From contig JAHPZH010000001.1 in assembly GCA_019058315.1 (NCBI GenBank), positions 567,536-631,535 of the forward strand: a stretch of DNA of 64,000 nt. Direction: 5' to 3'. Source of the stretch: Candidatus Helarchaeota archaeon. GTDB taxonomy: Archaea; Asgardarchaeota; Lokiarchaeia; Helarchaeales; RDOG01. Of this stretch, positions 1-10,440 are shown in pieces. Each line of letters opens with the position of its first letter. Positions within the stretch are counted from its first letter, which is position 1. Below the pieces are notes generated by a model. It was not told the DNA's origin, made no database searches, and worked only from the letters and a program-made list of their open reading frames with translations. The position numbers and the translations under genes were made by a program.

Positions 1-8
1 ATTATGGA

Positions 9-329
9 ATGGTTGAACAAGTAGGGGTTGTTTTTGTTGATTGCGAGGAAGGCTGGAAACATGTTCCTGATTTTGCTGAGGTTATAATAAGAGATTTCTA
101 TACCATGAATGAAAATGAACCAAAAAAACCTGGGCTAATCGAAGTTATGAGTATATTACCAACAAGCTATCCAGGACAAGCTTTATTAACGGAAGATGTT
201 GGTGAAATTATTGGCATAGATGATTGTGCATGCGGAAGAAAAGGGAAATATTTTACTTTTAGATCTAGAGTCCGAAAAGCAGAATTAAGAGGATGTGGAG
301 ATACTTTTGCTGAAAGGAGGGGAGATTAA
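9..329 (+). CDS. LuxE-family acyl-protein synthetase, C-terminal part (gene starts before the window)
   Basis: Motifs SILPTSYPGQALLTEDVG, CACGRKGKYF and AELRGC typical of LuxE; directly upstream of a LuxC-like gene. Confidence 0.8.
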   Translation: MVEQVGVVFVDCEEGWKHVPDFAEVIIRDFYTMNENEPKKPGLIEVMSILPTSYPGQALLTEDVGEIIGIDDCACGRKGKYFTFRSRVRKAELRGCGDTFAERRGD

Positions 330-340
330 TTATTCAAGTC

Positions 341-1627
341 TTGTTCTTTAAAAATAAAATATACAAATTAAATGAAAAAAATGTTAGTGATTTAAAAGAA
401 ATTAGGTCTGAAATTGAAAAGAGCAGGGAAATTTTTAAAAATATCACTACTGAAAAAATTATTGACCTTTTTCACCAATTTGGTAGAGAATTACTCCATA
501 ATAAGGAATTTATATCATTCGAAGGGGTTCCATTTCTCTCTAATTGGCTTAGGAAAGGTAATATTGAAAAAATTGTACTTAAGAATTTAGGTTCTTTTGA
601 AGTTCTAAAAGATTTCATTGGTGAAGGGCGGAAAAAGGTAAAGGCTCAACCGAGGGGTGTTATTTGCCAGTGGATTGCTGGAAATGTCCCTACTCTGGGA
701 TTTTTCTCATTAATTCAGTCTATTTTAGTTGGAAATTCAAATATAGTTAAAATCCCACCTGCAAGTCAATTTATTTTTCTTGAATTAATTAAACTATTTA
801 GAAAAACTGAAATAGAAGGACTAAAAGGGTCTGATATTTTAAAAACAGTAGCAGTTATTGATTTTTTACCCTCAGATACAAAATCCAACTTAAATTTTTC
901 ATTAAGTGCTGATGCAAGAGTAATCTGGGGGGGTCAAGAAGCAGTAGATGCTATTTCAAAAACAACAAAAATGACTCATTGTGAAGATATTGTTTTTGGT
1001 CCAAAGTATTCTTTTGGTATAGTGGATAAAAAAGCACAAGAATCTGAAGAGCTTTCTAAATTAATCCGTCGATTCGTTAATGATATTATAATTTTTGATC
1101 AAGGCGCATGTTCATCACCACAGGTTATCTTTTTTGAAAAAGGAGATCTTAGTTTAGAATCAATTGGGCAATTATTCGAAGAAGAATTTAAATTAGCATC
1201 CGAACGCTTCCCAAAAAATGGAATAGATCAGTTTATAGCGTCAAAAATAATTAATATCAGAGCAGAATATGCTCTTTCTCCAGAAAAGAAAATGCTTGCT
1301 TCCAAAGAGAATGATTGGACAATATTAATGGATAATAATATCAGATTAGAAGAACCTGTCCAATCACGGACTATTTTTTTAAAACAAGTAGAATCTGTCA
1401 TGGATTGTGTTAATTTAATTACTCCAAGAATTCAAACTATCGGCACAGCCATTTATGATAGAAATAAATTATTAGAATTTACTGATGCTGTGACATATAA
1501 AGGGGTGGCAAGATGCGTTTTACCAGGTCAAATGAATTTTTATGATTCTCCGTGGGATGGGATTTATTTCTTAAACCGATTAGTAAGATGGGTAACTTTA
1601 TATATGCCGGCAGATGAAAAACTTTAA
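341..1627 (+). CDS. LuxC-family acyl-CoA reductase
   Basis: PRGVICQWIAGNVP, WGG, FGPKYS and DQGACSSPQ (catalytic Cys) motifs; C-terminal PWDG...LVRW. Confidence 0.88.
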   Translation: MFFKNKIYKLNEKNVSDLKEIRSEIEKSREIFKNITTEKIIDLFHQFGRELLHNKEFISFEGVPFLSNWLRKGNIEKIVLKNLGSFEVLKDFIGEGRKKVKAQPRGVICQWIAGNVPTLGFFSLIQSILVGNSNIVKIPPASQFIFLELIKLFRKTEIEGLKGSDILKTVAVIDFLPSDTKSNLNFSLSADARVIWGGQEAVDAISKTTKMTHCEDIVFGPKYSFGIVDKKAQESEELSKLIRRFVNDIIIFDQGACSSPQVIFFEKGDLSLESIGQLFEEEFKLASERFPKNGIDQFIASKIINIRAEYALSPEKKMLASKENDWTILMDNNIRLEEPVQSRTIFLKQVESVMDCVNLITPRIQTIGTAIYDRNKLLEFTDAVTYKGVARCVLPGQMNFYDSPWDGIYFLNRLVRWVTLYMPADEKL

Positions 1628-1647
1628 AATAAATAAGAGTTTGAATT

Positions 1648-2466
1648 ATGTCATCTTCTATATCTATCGGAAATCATTGGAAAATTGTTCTTTATAGCAC
1701 ATTATTTAACTTTTTATTTGAATACGCAGTTCGTGGTTTTGATAACACATTGGAAATTCCCATACTGCTTTTTGGAATTATAGGTATATATTTCACCTAT
1801 TTTATCTTATTAGAAGATCTGATTGTAAGGTTTAGACTTAAGGATTATGAGCTCTTTTTGATCGCATTTTTTTACTGCCTTATCGGGATGGTGCTTAATT
1901 CAGGTTATATTTTTTGGGAACCAGGTCCATTCCAACCAAATTACTTAATTTTTGGAGTTAATTATTTGGTAATTATTTTTGTATGTATCTTTTGGTGGTC
2001 TGAATTTCAAACTGTACTTACTTTTTACTTTGCAAATAGAATTTCACCAAGAGATTGGGATCAACCATTTCTTGGTAGAAAAGGATGGATATTAACCTTA
2101 TTTCTAAATGCTCTATTTCTATCATTATTTTTTTTAAGTGGAAAGATAGTTTACGGGAGAATAGAAGGTTATATTTCAATGTTTATTATGTGGGTTGTAT
2201 TTGGAATTATTTGTTATATAATGTTAAAGAAGAAAGATCGAAATGAACCATTAAAATTTGAATCTTCGAAAATTCTTGATATTATTATGATATCTACTAT
2301 TATTTTATCGATTTTTAATGCTATTTTTCTTATTAAGGACCCTGTTATTATTGGAGCATCTCATGTAAATAGTCTTGCATTAAGAATTACAATACTTTGG
2401 TCCTTATTGCTAGGTATTTTTGTAATTTTTTATCGTATTTTATCAAAAAAACCAATTTCGGTATGA
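1648..2466 (+). CDS. Polytopic membrane protein, function unknown
   Basis: About 8 hydrophobic segments; co-oriented 20 bp after the luxC-like gene. Confidence 0.65.
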   Translation: MSSSISIGNHWKIVLYSTLFNFLFEYAVRGFDNTLEIPILLFGIIGIYFTYFILLEDLIVRFRLKDYELFLIAFFYCLIGMVLNSGYIFWEPGPFQPNYLIFGVNYLVIIFVCIFWWSEFQTVLTFYFANRISPRDWDQPFLGRKGWILTLFLNALFLSLFFLSGKIVYGRIEGYISMFIMWVVFGIICYIMLKKKDRNEPLKFESSKILDIIMISTIILSIFNAIFLIKDPVIIGASHVNSLALRITILWSLLLGIFVIFYRILSKKPISV

Positions 2467-2488
2467 TAAAACCGCTACTTCTATCTAA

Positions 2489-3319
2489 TTAGGTTTTGAG
2501 ACGCCTAAAATAGTCCAATATAGATAGATTATCTATATCACCTGATAAGCATACAATTGTTTCATCCTCTCCCTTCTTGTAAAATTTTGAAAATGCCTCT
2601 TTTAAGGATAAAATCATAAAATTCTTTTTTGCGTTTATACTTTTAATAAGTCCCTCTAATATTTTGATATATTTTATTTGACCCATTCTAATTGGATGCA
2701 GATCATAGACCAAGACACCAGTTTTACCAAAATCCAAGGCTTCTACAAAGCGTCTTAAAATCTCATTATTATTATTTAGTTTAAGATTATCAATAAGAAC
2801 ATCATCTGATACACCAATTAAAGGAAGTGTAGTAACTCCAGATTTATGTTTAATGGGATGTGGAGGTTCCTTCCAAGGTGGTTTTTGAATATTTATTGAA
2901 GAATCATAATTTATGCCTAATTTCTTTTCATATTCGAAAAATAAATCAGAATTCTTTTCAATTTGAGTTATTCCATAAGGTGCCCTAAAAATCCAAGGTT
3001 TTTGATTTAATTTTTGAAAAATTGAAATAGCATCTTTCATATCTTTAAAAGCTGCTTTTCTTCCAATCAGAGAATAATCCGGATGTAAATGTCCATGTGG
3101 ACCATAGTCATGATTACCAAAATGTGAGAAAAAGTTAGCTTGATTTTCAATTAAATAAGTTGAGATAAAATAAGTAAATTTTACATCATGTTTTTCAAAA
3201 ATTTTATTCATTCTTGATATTAAATTAACCATATTCTCAGAAAATAAACTCAAATAATTGGAAATTTTCTTTATTAATACAGGAATTTTATTTCTATAAG
3301 TTAAAATTCTTCTAAACAA
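2489..3319 (-). CDS. Polysaccharide deacetylase (NodB-like) family protein
   Basis: TYFI, HGHLH, FRAPYG, YDSS and LHP motifs. Confidence 0.75.
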   Translation of the reverse strand: MFRRILTYRNKIPVLIKKISNYLSLFSENMVNLISRMNKIFEKHDVKFTYFISTYLIENQANFFSHFGNHDYGPHGHLHPDYSLIGRKAAFKDMKDAISIFQKLNQKPWIFRAPYGITQIEKNSDLFFEYEKKLGINYDSSINIQKPPWKEPPHPIKHKSGVTTLPLIGVSDDVLIDNLKLNNNNEILRRFVEALDFGKTGVLVYDLHPIRMGQIKYIKILEGLIKSINAKKNFMILSLKEAFSKFYKKGEDETIVCLSGDIDNLSILDYFRRLKT

Positions 3320-3430
3320 AGAATTATCACGCTCTAATTATAATCATAAAAAATTGAAAATTATTAAATCTTATTTTATTGAGTTTTACATATTGCCTAA
3401 AAATAAAGATAATTTAGACTCTTATTTAAT

Positions 3431-5101
3431 TTGAATATAGGTAAATATAGTAATTTTTATAATATTTTTATGTGTCTTGGAATGGAAAGTTTAAAATACT
3501 TAAAATTTGAACCAAGGGAGTATCAAACTATAGCTGTAGAGAAAGCTATAAATGAAATGGAAAATGGGAAAAGACTTTTATTAATTTTGCTTCCAACGGG
3601 GATGGGAAAAACTAAAGTGGGGGAACTGATAGTTTCAGAATATATATTAAAAGGAAAATTAAAAAAGCAAGATAAAATTTTATTTTTGGCTCCTGATAGA
3701 AAAATGAAACATCAACTTTATGAAGTTGCTAATCAAGATGGCCTTTCACACTTTGGAAATCTATTTATATTTCCTGAAGGAACAACTATTCCTCCAAAAA
3801 TAATTAGAAATCACTTTAAATTATCAAAATTTATTTTCTCTACGCCAGAACTTTTATTCAATGCCGTTTTTCCAAGAAATCCGCGCATGAGGAAGGTAAA
3901 CCTTGAAGATATGAAAAAGATTAAGCTGGTTATAATTGATGAGATTTTGGAAGTCCTCGCACAAAAATTTGGAAAAGAGAGGTTTCGAGTAAATTTAAGA
4001 TTTAGACCGCTCCTTGAAATATTGGGTGTATTCGATTCTAACTCAATGAATGTGTTTGTAGGATTAACTGCTACAATAAGCCAATATAAAAAACGAAAGA
4101 TATTGATTGAATTATTTGGAGGAAATGAAAAGGCTGCTGAGATAACTCCTACCCAAACTGATGACTTTAAAGAATATGCACCTGCAATTATTGTAAAAAA
4201 ATTTTATGCATTTGATGATTTCGTAAAAGGTGTTGATGTCTTATTCATGAGTCTGAATTCTAAATGTTTAAATATTTTACAACAAGCCCATAGGATTCTA
4301 ACCGGAGCACCTTTAGAAAGCGACCGCACCTTATTATTTGCTAATGAAATGTTAAAAAAACAAGATGTTGTAAAAGAACATTTTGAAAAACGAAAGCGAG
4401 GAGAGTTATTTGAAAAAGCAAGAGGCTATGCTGGAGCATATTTAGATCTAGTAGTTGCTAGGCAAATGCTATTCGAACATGGTCTGCCTACGTTATATAG
4501 ATTTATCCATTCAGTTAAGAATTCAATACTTCTTAAATCTGATGAATGGAATGACATTATTCAGCAATTACAAATCAGATGGGAAAGTCCTGAGGGCATA
4601 ATCACTAAAAAAGAAGAAAGATTAATAGAACTACTAAAGCGGAAAGTCGTTGAGGAGAAAAAACGTGGGATTGTATTTTGCAGATTTGTTCAAATGACTA
4701 AGAACCTTTATCGCCTTGCTGAAGCTGCAAATATTAAATCAACTTTTATTCACGGTCAAATGGATGGAATGAGCCAAAATAACCGAATTAATCAATTCAA
4801 AAAAGGTGAAGTGGACGTTTTATTTGCGTCAAAAAAATTGATTGAACGTGGAACGGATATTCCCCAAGCAGATTTTGCGATACATTTTGGAACTACAATG
4901 TCTGCTGAACGAAGGGAGCAGAGTATGGGGAGAATTAGATCTACCATGAAAAATTTAAAAGAAGATATTACTATTCTTTACCATGAAACCGCAGAACAAG
5001 CTAAATTTTCAAAAATGATAGAAGACTTCATGGAGAATGTGGAAAAAGTTAAGGTCGAAGGATGGACTATTTTTAAAGATGGAGATATCTCAGAAAAATA
5101 A
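3431..5101 (+). CDS. SF2 helicase, Hef/ERCC4-helicase-like, with divergent motifs and no nuclease domain
   Basis: PREYQ Q-motif, LPTGMGKT, IIDEIL, GLTAT, ERGTDIP, QSMGR; true start may be the ATG at 3482. Confidence 0.78.
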   Translation: MNIGKYSNFYNIFMCLGMESLKYLKFEPREYQTIAVEKAINEMENGKRLLLILLPTGMGKTKVGELIVSEYILKGKLKKQDKILFLAPDRKMKHQLYEVANQDGLSHFGNLFIFPEGTTIPPKIIRNHFKLSKFIFSTPELLFNAVFPRNPRMRKVNLEDMKKIKLVIIDEILEVLAQKFGKERFRVNLRFRPLLEILGVFDSNSMNVFVGLTATISQYKKRKILIELFGGNEKAAEITPTQTDDFKEYAPAIIVKKFYAFDDFVKGVDVLFMSLNSKCLNILQQAHRILTGAPLESDRTLLFANEMLKKQDVVKEHFEKRKRGELFEKARGYAGAYLDLVVARQMLFEHGLPTLYRFIHSVKNSILLKSDEWNDIIQQLQIRWESPEGIITKKEERLIELLKRKVVEEKKRGIVFCRFVQMTKNLYRLAEAANIKSTFIHGQMDGMSQNNRINQFKKGEVDVLFASKKLIERGTDIPQADFAIHFGTTMSAERREQSMGRIRSTMKNLKEDITILYHETAEQAKFSKMIEDFMENVEKVKVEGWTIFKDGDISEK

Positions 5102-5827
5102 TTAAGGCACTTTTTTGATATATGCTTCTTTTTCTTCTCTTGTAAATATTTTAAATGTCTTTTCATCAGTGCTAATCACTCCAACATCAGTATGATCTGG
5201 AGCAAATTCTTTAGAAATTACCTTCTTTAGGGCTGATAGAGCAAGGATTATGGTCTCTTCGATGCTCATTTTTTCTTTATATTCCTTTTCTAAAAACTCT
5301 CTAGCTGTTGGAGCACCTGAACCTATGGCTTGTGCACGATATTTATTAAAAGCACCCGATGGTGCAGTCATATATAATTCTGCTTTAGAATTAACACCAA
5401 CTCCTGCAATAAGCATGGCGATCCCAAAAGGTCTTACTCCTGCATTCATAGTATATATTTGTTTTAAATTACAAACTTGCCTTACAAGCATTTTAATATC
5501 TATCGGCTCATCATAACTAAGACGATTAACTTGAGCTTGCACCCTTGCGTGTTCTATTAAAACTTGAGCGTCTGCAGTTAAGCCCGCTATTACACAACCA
5601 ATATGTTTATCAATTTTGAAGATTTTTTCAACCTTCTCAGAAATTTGTAATGGTTTTAATCTCTTCTCCGCAACAAGAGCTGCCCCTTCTGCCGATTGAA
5701 CTCCAATTGCTATAGTTCCTTGCTTTATCGCTTCTGAGGCATATTCTACTTGAAATAAACGACCTTCGGGTGAAAAAATCGTAATAGCTTGATCATAAGA
5801 GGCTTCATGTGGTTGCAATTTCTTCAA
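5102..5827 (-). CDS. psmA: Proteasome alpha subunit
   Basis: YDQAITIFSPEGRLFQVEYA signature; RPFG and AIGSG motifs. Confidence 0.95.
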   Translation of the reverse strand: MKKLQPHEASYDQAITIFSPEGRLFQVEYASEAIKQGTIAIGVQSAEGAALVAEKRLKPLQISEKVEKIFKIDKHIGCVIAGLTADAQVLIEHARVQAQVNRLSYDEPIDIKMLVRQVCNLKQIYTMNAGVRPFGIAMLIAGVGVNSKAELYMTAPSGAFNKYRAQAIGSGAPTAREFLEKEYKEKMSIEETIILALSALKKVISKEFAPDHTDVGVISTDEKTFKIFTREEKEAYIKKVP

Positions 5828-5958
5828 TTCTCCAATTTTTTCTATTCTTATTTATTTTAAATTTTTAAATAATTCTTTTTAAGATTATTACAGAATAATC
5901 CAAATAAAAATTCGCTTATGAATTTTACATTATATCAATTCTAAGAAGCTTAAACAAA

Positions 5959-6495
5959 ATGGAGCCATCCTCTAAAAATCTTGAATTCTGGTTAAAACAG
6001 CTTGAAGATTCAGATCTTGATAAAAAAATGCAAGCTCTTGAACAATTAATTGAATTGAGAAATCCTGAAATCATGGATATCCTAATCGAAGTTGCGGAAA
6101 TAGAAAAAAATGAAACTCTTCGTATAAAAGCAATTCAAGCTCTTGGTAAATTAGATGTTTCTGACCCAACTGATATATTTAATGTTCTTAAAAAATTGCT
6201 AATTGGAGAAAATCCAAAAATAAGAAAAGCAGTTCTTCGAACTATAGTTGATTTAGGAGATATTAGTGCAATTAAATATCTAACAAAATATTATTATTCT
6301 GATCATAGTGTTGGGATAAAACCAGATGTTAGTAAAGCTCTGGAAGACCTTTCAAAAGTTTTAGACGAAATTAAAAAGGATAAAAAAGTAAAAAAATCAA
6401 ATATGACAACTATACAGAAAAAATTGCCTATAAAATCGACCAATAAAGAAAATGATATCGATTATCAAAAATATATTAAAAAATTTTTTGACTAA
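5959..6495 (+). CDS. HEAT-repeat protein
   Basis: Repeated R..A..ALG.L helical units. Confidence 0.75.
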   Translation: MEPSSKNLEFWLKQLEDSDLDKKMQALEQLIELRNPEIMDILIEVAEIEKNETLRIKAIQALGKLDVSDPTDIFNVLKKLLIGENPKIRKAVLRTIVDLGDISAIKYLTKYYYSDHSVGIKPDVSKALEDLSKVLDEIKKDKKVKKSNMTTIQKKLPIKSTNKENDIDYQKYIKKFFD

Positions 6496-6525
6496 TTGAT
6501 TATAAAACAATTTTAAAGTGGTTAG

Positions 6526-6873
6526 ATGGAATTAATTTTAAAAATGAATAATTTTAAATTTCCTTTTAATAGCAAAGCATTCCAAATTCTTGCTACAATA
6601 GTTCCAGATTCGGAATTAAGTGAAAATGAAGAACTCGTATTTGTTTTGCGTGCATATTCTGCTGGAACTGGACAAAAACTAAATATTGAAAAAATTATTC
6701 AATCTGAAGAAAATCCGGATTATTTGAATGCCCTTTTGAATAGGGGTGATTCTGAGGCAACAAGAGACCCAATGGGAAGGAAATGGGCCGGAATTAACAA
6801 ATTCAATGCCTGGCTACAAGATCATGGATTGCCTATAAGAATTATTCCAAATAAACTTTATTTAGAGACTTAA
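6526..6873 (+). CDS. Hypothetical protein
   Basis: ATG ORF co-oriented with neighbours; no family recognised. Confidence 0.6.
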   Translation: MELILKMNNFKFPFNSKAFQILATIVPDSELSENEELVFVLRAYSAGTGQKLNIEKIIQSEENPDYLNALLNRGDSEATRDPMGRKWAGINKFNAWLQDHGLPIRIIPNKLYLET

Positions 6874-7006
6874 ACCATTCATTAAAAGTTTTATTGTTTC
6901 TCGCTTTTTTTATTATACAGAAATGATATCTAAAATCATTGCAGAATATATTTAAAAATAAAAAGGTCAAATCTGCATTTAGAGATTTTTTTTAATTGAT
7001 GAAGGA

Positions 7007-7501
7007 ATGGTACAAAAAATGCCAAAAGCAAGTAAAAAGGTTAAAGCTAAGAAAAAAATTAAAAAAAGTAAAAAGGTAAAAGTTAAGAAGAAAACTGAAT
7101 TAAAACCTAAGAAAACGAAAGCAAAGCCGATTTTATGTATATGTAAAGATGGTTACACGATTGAGGAACGTTTAGGTGATGTAGAATATTTCTCATACGT
7201 TTTATTTGGGATAGTTAGAAGATTCGGGCTTTCAGAGCCACCAGATCTTGAAGAACTTTTACGAGTATCCAAAATAGTTTTAAATCACATAATGAGCATG
7301 CGCTTTGATGATGCGATAGGGTACCCAGTTTATCCTAATTCAGATTTCAATTCGGCATTAATCCGGATCGCTAGAAAAATGATTGAGATTGCTACTAAAA
7401 AGTTAAATGAAGGACAATCTTATCATGATTTATATGACAAAATTCTTGAAGATTTAGACAAAGAAGAGTGGAGATATGAATGGGATTTAAAAACTCGATA
7501 A
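7007..7501 (+). CDS. Hypothetical protein with Lys-rich N-terminus
   Basis: About 35-aa K-rich tract followed by a helical domain. Confidence 0.65.
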   Translation: MVQKMPKASKKVKAKKKIKKSKKVKVKKKTELKPKKTKAKPILCICKDGYTIEERLGDVEYFSYVLFGIVRRFGLSEPPDLEELLRVSKIVLNHIMSMRFDDAIGYPVYPNSDFNSALIRIARKMIEIATKKLNEGQSYHDLYDKILEDLDKEEWRYEWDLKTR

Positions 7502-7624
7502 GAAACCATCTTATTTAAGATAAAAAAAAATATCATTGAATTTGTTAGATTTTGAGGGACCTAAATCATCCAAAAAAGTCTCTTTTATTTTAATTTCGTC
7601 TTAAATGAAATTTATAAAAAAGAA

Positions 7625-8620
7625 TTAAGGCAATTTGAACCAAATTTTGCCCATTTTAAGTGATGGCATATACTGACCTCTACGTTTCCGCTTCCGTTCG
7701 ATGACTTTTTTTATTCCATCAGCAAAGCGATTGAATTCAACCTCTGCTTTTTCCGGCTCAGTTACAGCCATAGCTGAAATTTTACCTGATAACAAGGCTC
7801 CGGTAATTCCACCCCCGAATGCAGGTTCTACAAATCCGGCCATAGTGCCCGTTAAAATGAAGTCTTTATAAAAAAGACGTGGCCATTTTGGTGTATTACC
7901 TAGAAATCGTCTCCATTTATCAAAGGACCGTCCCTCGATCGAATTTAATTGTTTTTTAAAGGATTCTAGGACTTCTGGGGTAACCCCTCTACGAGCAAAT
8001 AAGAGGACATACCAAATTCCATTCATTGCACAAGTATAACCATACTCATTAGTTAAACCAAAGTAAAATTTATTAGAAATAAAATTCTTCTCGACTTCGG
8101 AGTATGCCCAATACCCAGAAAATACACTGTATTCGATTCCCAACCACTCATAAATTCCAGGAGAAAGACCTGAGGCAATAATTGTGCCCTTAGGTGCAGT
8201 ATTAAATTCCTCTTTAGTAAATGGTTTATTAAACTCAAATTTAACACCTTCCTTATTAGCAATCCTGTAAAGGATACTATCCAATGAAGACTCCCTATGT
8301 CCACGTTCGGTATTACACATACCATGTGAAGCAATCATAGATTTCAAGTCACCAACTTCTTTCCCATTCATGTAAATTTCAAGAACATCGGTGCTATCAA
8401 CAAATGCCTCGCTTAAATCTATTCCTATATAATCAAACAAATCTTCTCCAACTGGAGTAGTATGTACTGATGGATGCCATCCAGGAGGTCCTCCAACACT
8501 GTCCTCTTTTTCACGAACAAGAACATTGAATCCTTCACGATTCAAATTTATTGCTGCAACTAAACCTGATGGACCCGCACCTACAATAATAATATCTTTT
8601 TTGACCATTTTTATCTCCAT
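7625..8620 (-). CDS. FAD-dependent oxidoreductase (geranylgeranyl-reductase-like)
   Basis: DIIIVGAGPSG Rossmann motif; G.MAGFVEPAFGGGI motif. Confidence 0.8.
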   Translation of the reverse strand: MEIKMVKKDIIIVGAGPSGLVAAINLNREGFNVLVREKEDSVGGPPGWHPSVHTTPVGEDLFDYIGIDLSEAFVDSTDVLEIYMNGKEVGDLKSMIASHGMCNTERGHRESSLDSILYRIANKEGVKFEFNKPFTKEEFNTAPKGTIIASGLSPGIYEWLGIEYSVFSGYWAYSEVEKNFISNKFYFGLTNEYGYTCAMNGIWYVLLFARRGVTPEVLESFKKQLNSIEGRSFDKWRRFLGNTPKWPRLFYKDFILTGTMAGFVEPAFGGGITGALLSGKISAMAVTEPEKAEVEFNRFADGIKKVIERKRKRRGQYMPSLKMGKIWFKLP

Positions 8621-8708
8621 TAAAAAATTGTAATTAATTGATTTGTTTAAAATATTTTAATTTATTGGATAATTTTCGATATTTATACTAACTAATATGA
8701 AAAAATTG

Positions 8709-9641
8709 TTATTTTATCATTCTATCAACAAAAAAACGTAAAAAACGTTGAGAATTGACTTTTAGACAAATCTTTAATGGTGGTTTTTCTTTGGAAATTA
8801 TAAGTTTTCCATACTCTTCATTTTTATTAACCATGACCTCTAAACCCATCATTTCAGTTGTAAATAAAGTCGGATCAATTGAATATGCCATTGCTAATGC
8901 ATCATGAATATAACACCCATCAATATTTCTCAGTTTTTGATTAATTTCTATATAATATGGAAGCATTCGACTTATGAGTATCGAGATTGGAGTATTTGCT
9001 TTCTTAATCTCATAAAGATTAGCAGTTGTTAATCTAAAACTAGTTGTTACATCAAGTGGAACAAGCGTAATCGGTAGATCTGACTCGAGAACAATTTTAG
9101 CTGCTTCAGCATCTGCCCAGATGTTATACTCTGCAACGGAAGTGACATTTCCAGGAATATTGACAGCTCCCCCCATAATAATAAGCTCTAATATGTCATT
9201 TGAAATTTCAGGACTAGATGTTAACATTTTAGCTATGTTTGTTAAAGGTCCTGTAGCTACAATTGTTACTTCATTAGGGTTATTTTTAATCGTATTGATT
9301 ATAAATTCTGATGCTAACTGCGGGATAGGTTGAGTTTTTGGACTTGGTAGGTTAATATTTCCTAAACCATCTTGACCATGGACAAATTCAGCAGTTTCCA
9401 ATTCTTTATAAAGAGGTTTTTCACTCCCTCTTACCACAGGTATATTTTCTATCTTCAGATATTCTAATATACTCAAAGCATTTAATGTGCCTCTATCTAC
9501 ATTAACATTCCCCGCTACTGTTGTTATTCCAATTAATTGGAGTTCTTTTGACTGCAAAGCAAGCATTATTGCTAAAGCATCATCAATCCCCGGATCGCCA
9601 TCAAAAATAATTTTTTTCATAGAGTACCCAATATTTGCCAA
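8709..9641 (-). CDS. Nucleoside hydrolase (IunH/Rih family)
   Basis: DGDPGIDDA, TVAGN, HGQDGLG, TGPLTN, AEYNIWAD and IHD motifs. Confidence 0.93.
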   Translation of the reverse strand: MANIGYSMKKIIFDGDPGIDDALAIMLALQSKELQLIGITTVAGNVNVDRGTLNALSILEYLKIENIPVVRGSEKPLYKELETAEFVHGQDGLGNINLPSPKTQPIPQLASEFIINTIKNNPNEVTIVATGPLTNIAKMLTSSPEISNDILELIIMGGAVNIPGNVTSVAEYNIWADAEAAKIVLESDLPITLVPLDVTTSFRLTTANLYEIKKANTPISILISRMLPYYIEINQKLRNIDGCYIHDALAMAYSIDPTLFTTEMMGLEVMVNKNEEYGKLIISKEKPPLKICLKVNSQRFLRFFVDRMIK

Positions 9642-10354
9642 AATAAATAATTCATACGAATAATAAATGCACCAAAAAAGATGAGAGTCAATAAAATATT
9701 CAATATAATTTCTGTATTATCTCCTATCCAAGGATCACGCATCCTATCAGAGTTGTATATAAAGGGATCCCAAAGAAAAATTTTGCGTGGAGGCACCCAT
9801 TCATAAATAAGAACTGCAAGAAATACCCCATTAATAATTAAAGATAAAATTGCAACAATTCTTGTTGAAACTGGTGAATAATTCAAAAACATAAATTTTT
9901 CAAAGTCAAAATACGGATATCTAGGAAATATATCTGTTAATAAAATATCAAGATGATAACTAAATTCACTAGCAGGCCAGAAATAAAGATGATGTATTGC
10001 TCCATATTCATTTGCGGTTGTATTAATATCTAATAACAAATGTATAAAAATACCAAACAAACCGAGAAGAATAAATCGCATTAACTTCATATTTTCAGTT
10101 TTTGGATCCCTCCATTTCATAATCCCAAAAGAAATGATAGCTAGAATTGTGCTCATTATAAACCCCATTAAAAACATGTGGGTTACTCCCCCATGAAAGG
10201 ATGCTGGATATTGGAAGCCGCTTATAAAAAAATAGAAAATAGCATCGAAATCTGGAAGAATCGCTGCTAAAATCAACACAATCTTCTCTGAACGGTCCAA
10301 TTTCAAGAGCCTTCCTGAAAAATACCCGCTTAAGTAATGAATATGAAACCACAA
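9617..10354 (-). CDS. Membrane-bound metal-dependent hydrolase (YdjM-like)
   Basis: N-terminal H, LPDFD, HGGVTH and HLLLD motifs; TM segments. Confidence 0.75.
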   Translation of the reverse strand: MWFHIHYLSGYFSGRLLKLDRSEKIVLILAAILPDFDAIFYFFISGFQYPASFHGGVTHMFLMGFIMSTILAIISFGIMKWRDPKTENMKLMRFILLGLFGIFIHLLLDINTTANEYGAIHHLYFWPASEFSYHLDILLTDIFPRYPYFDFEKFMFLNYSPVSTRIVAILSLIINGVFLAVLIYEWVPPRKIFLWDPFIYNSDRMRDPWIGDNTEIILNILLTLIFFGAFIIRMNYLFWQILGTL

Positions 10355-10440
10355 TTTTAGTCCGTTCTTATTTTGTTCTTATTCTGTTCTTATTTACAAA
10401 AAATACTTTTAAACTTTAAATATTTCTTATTTTTGAGTTA

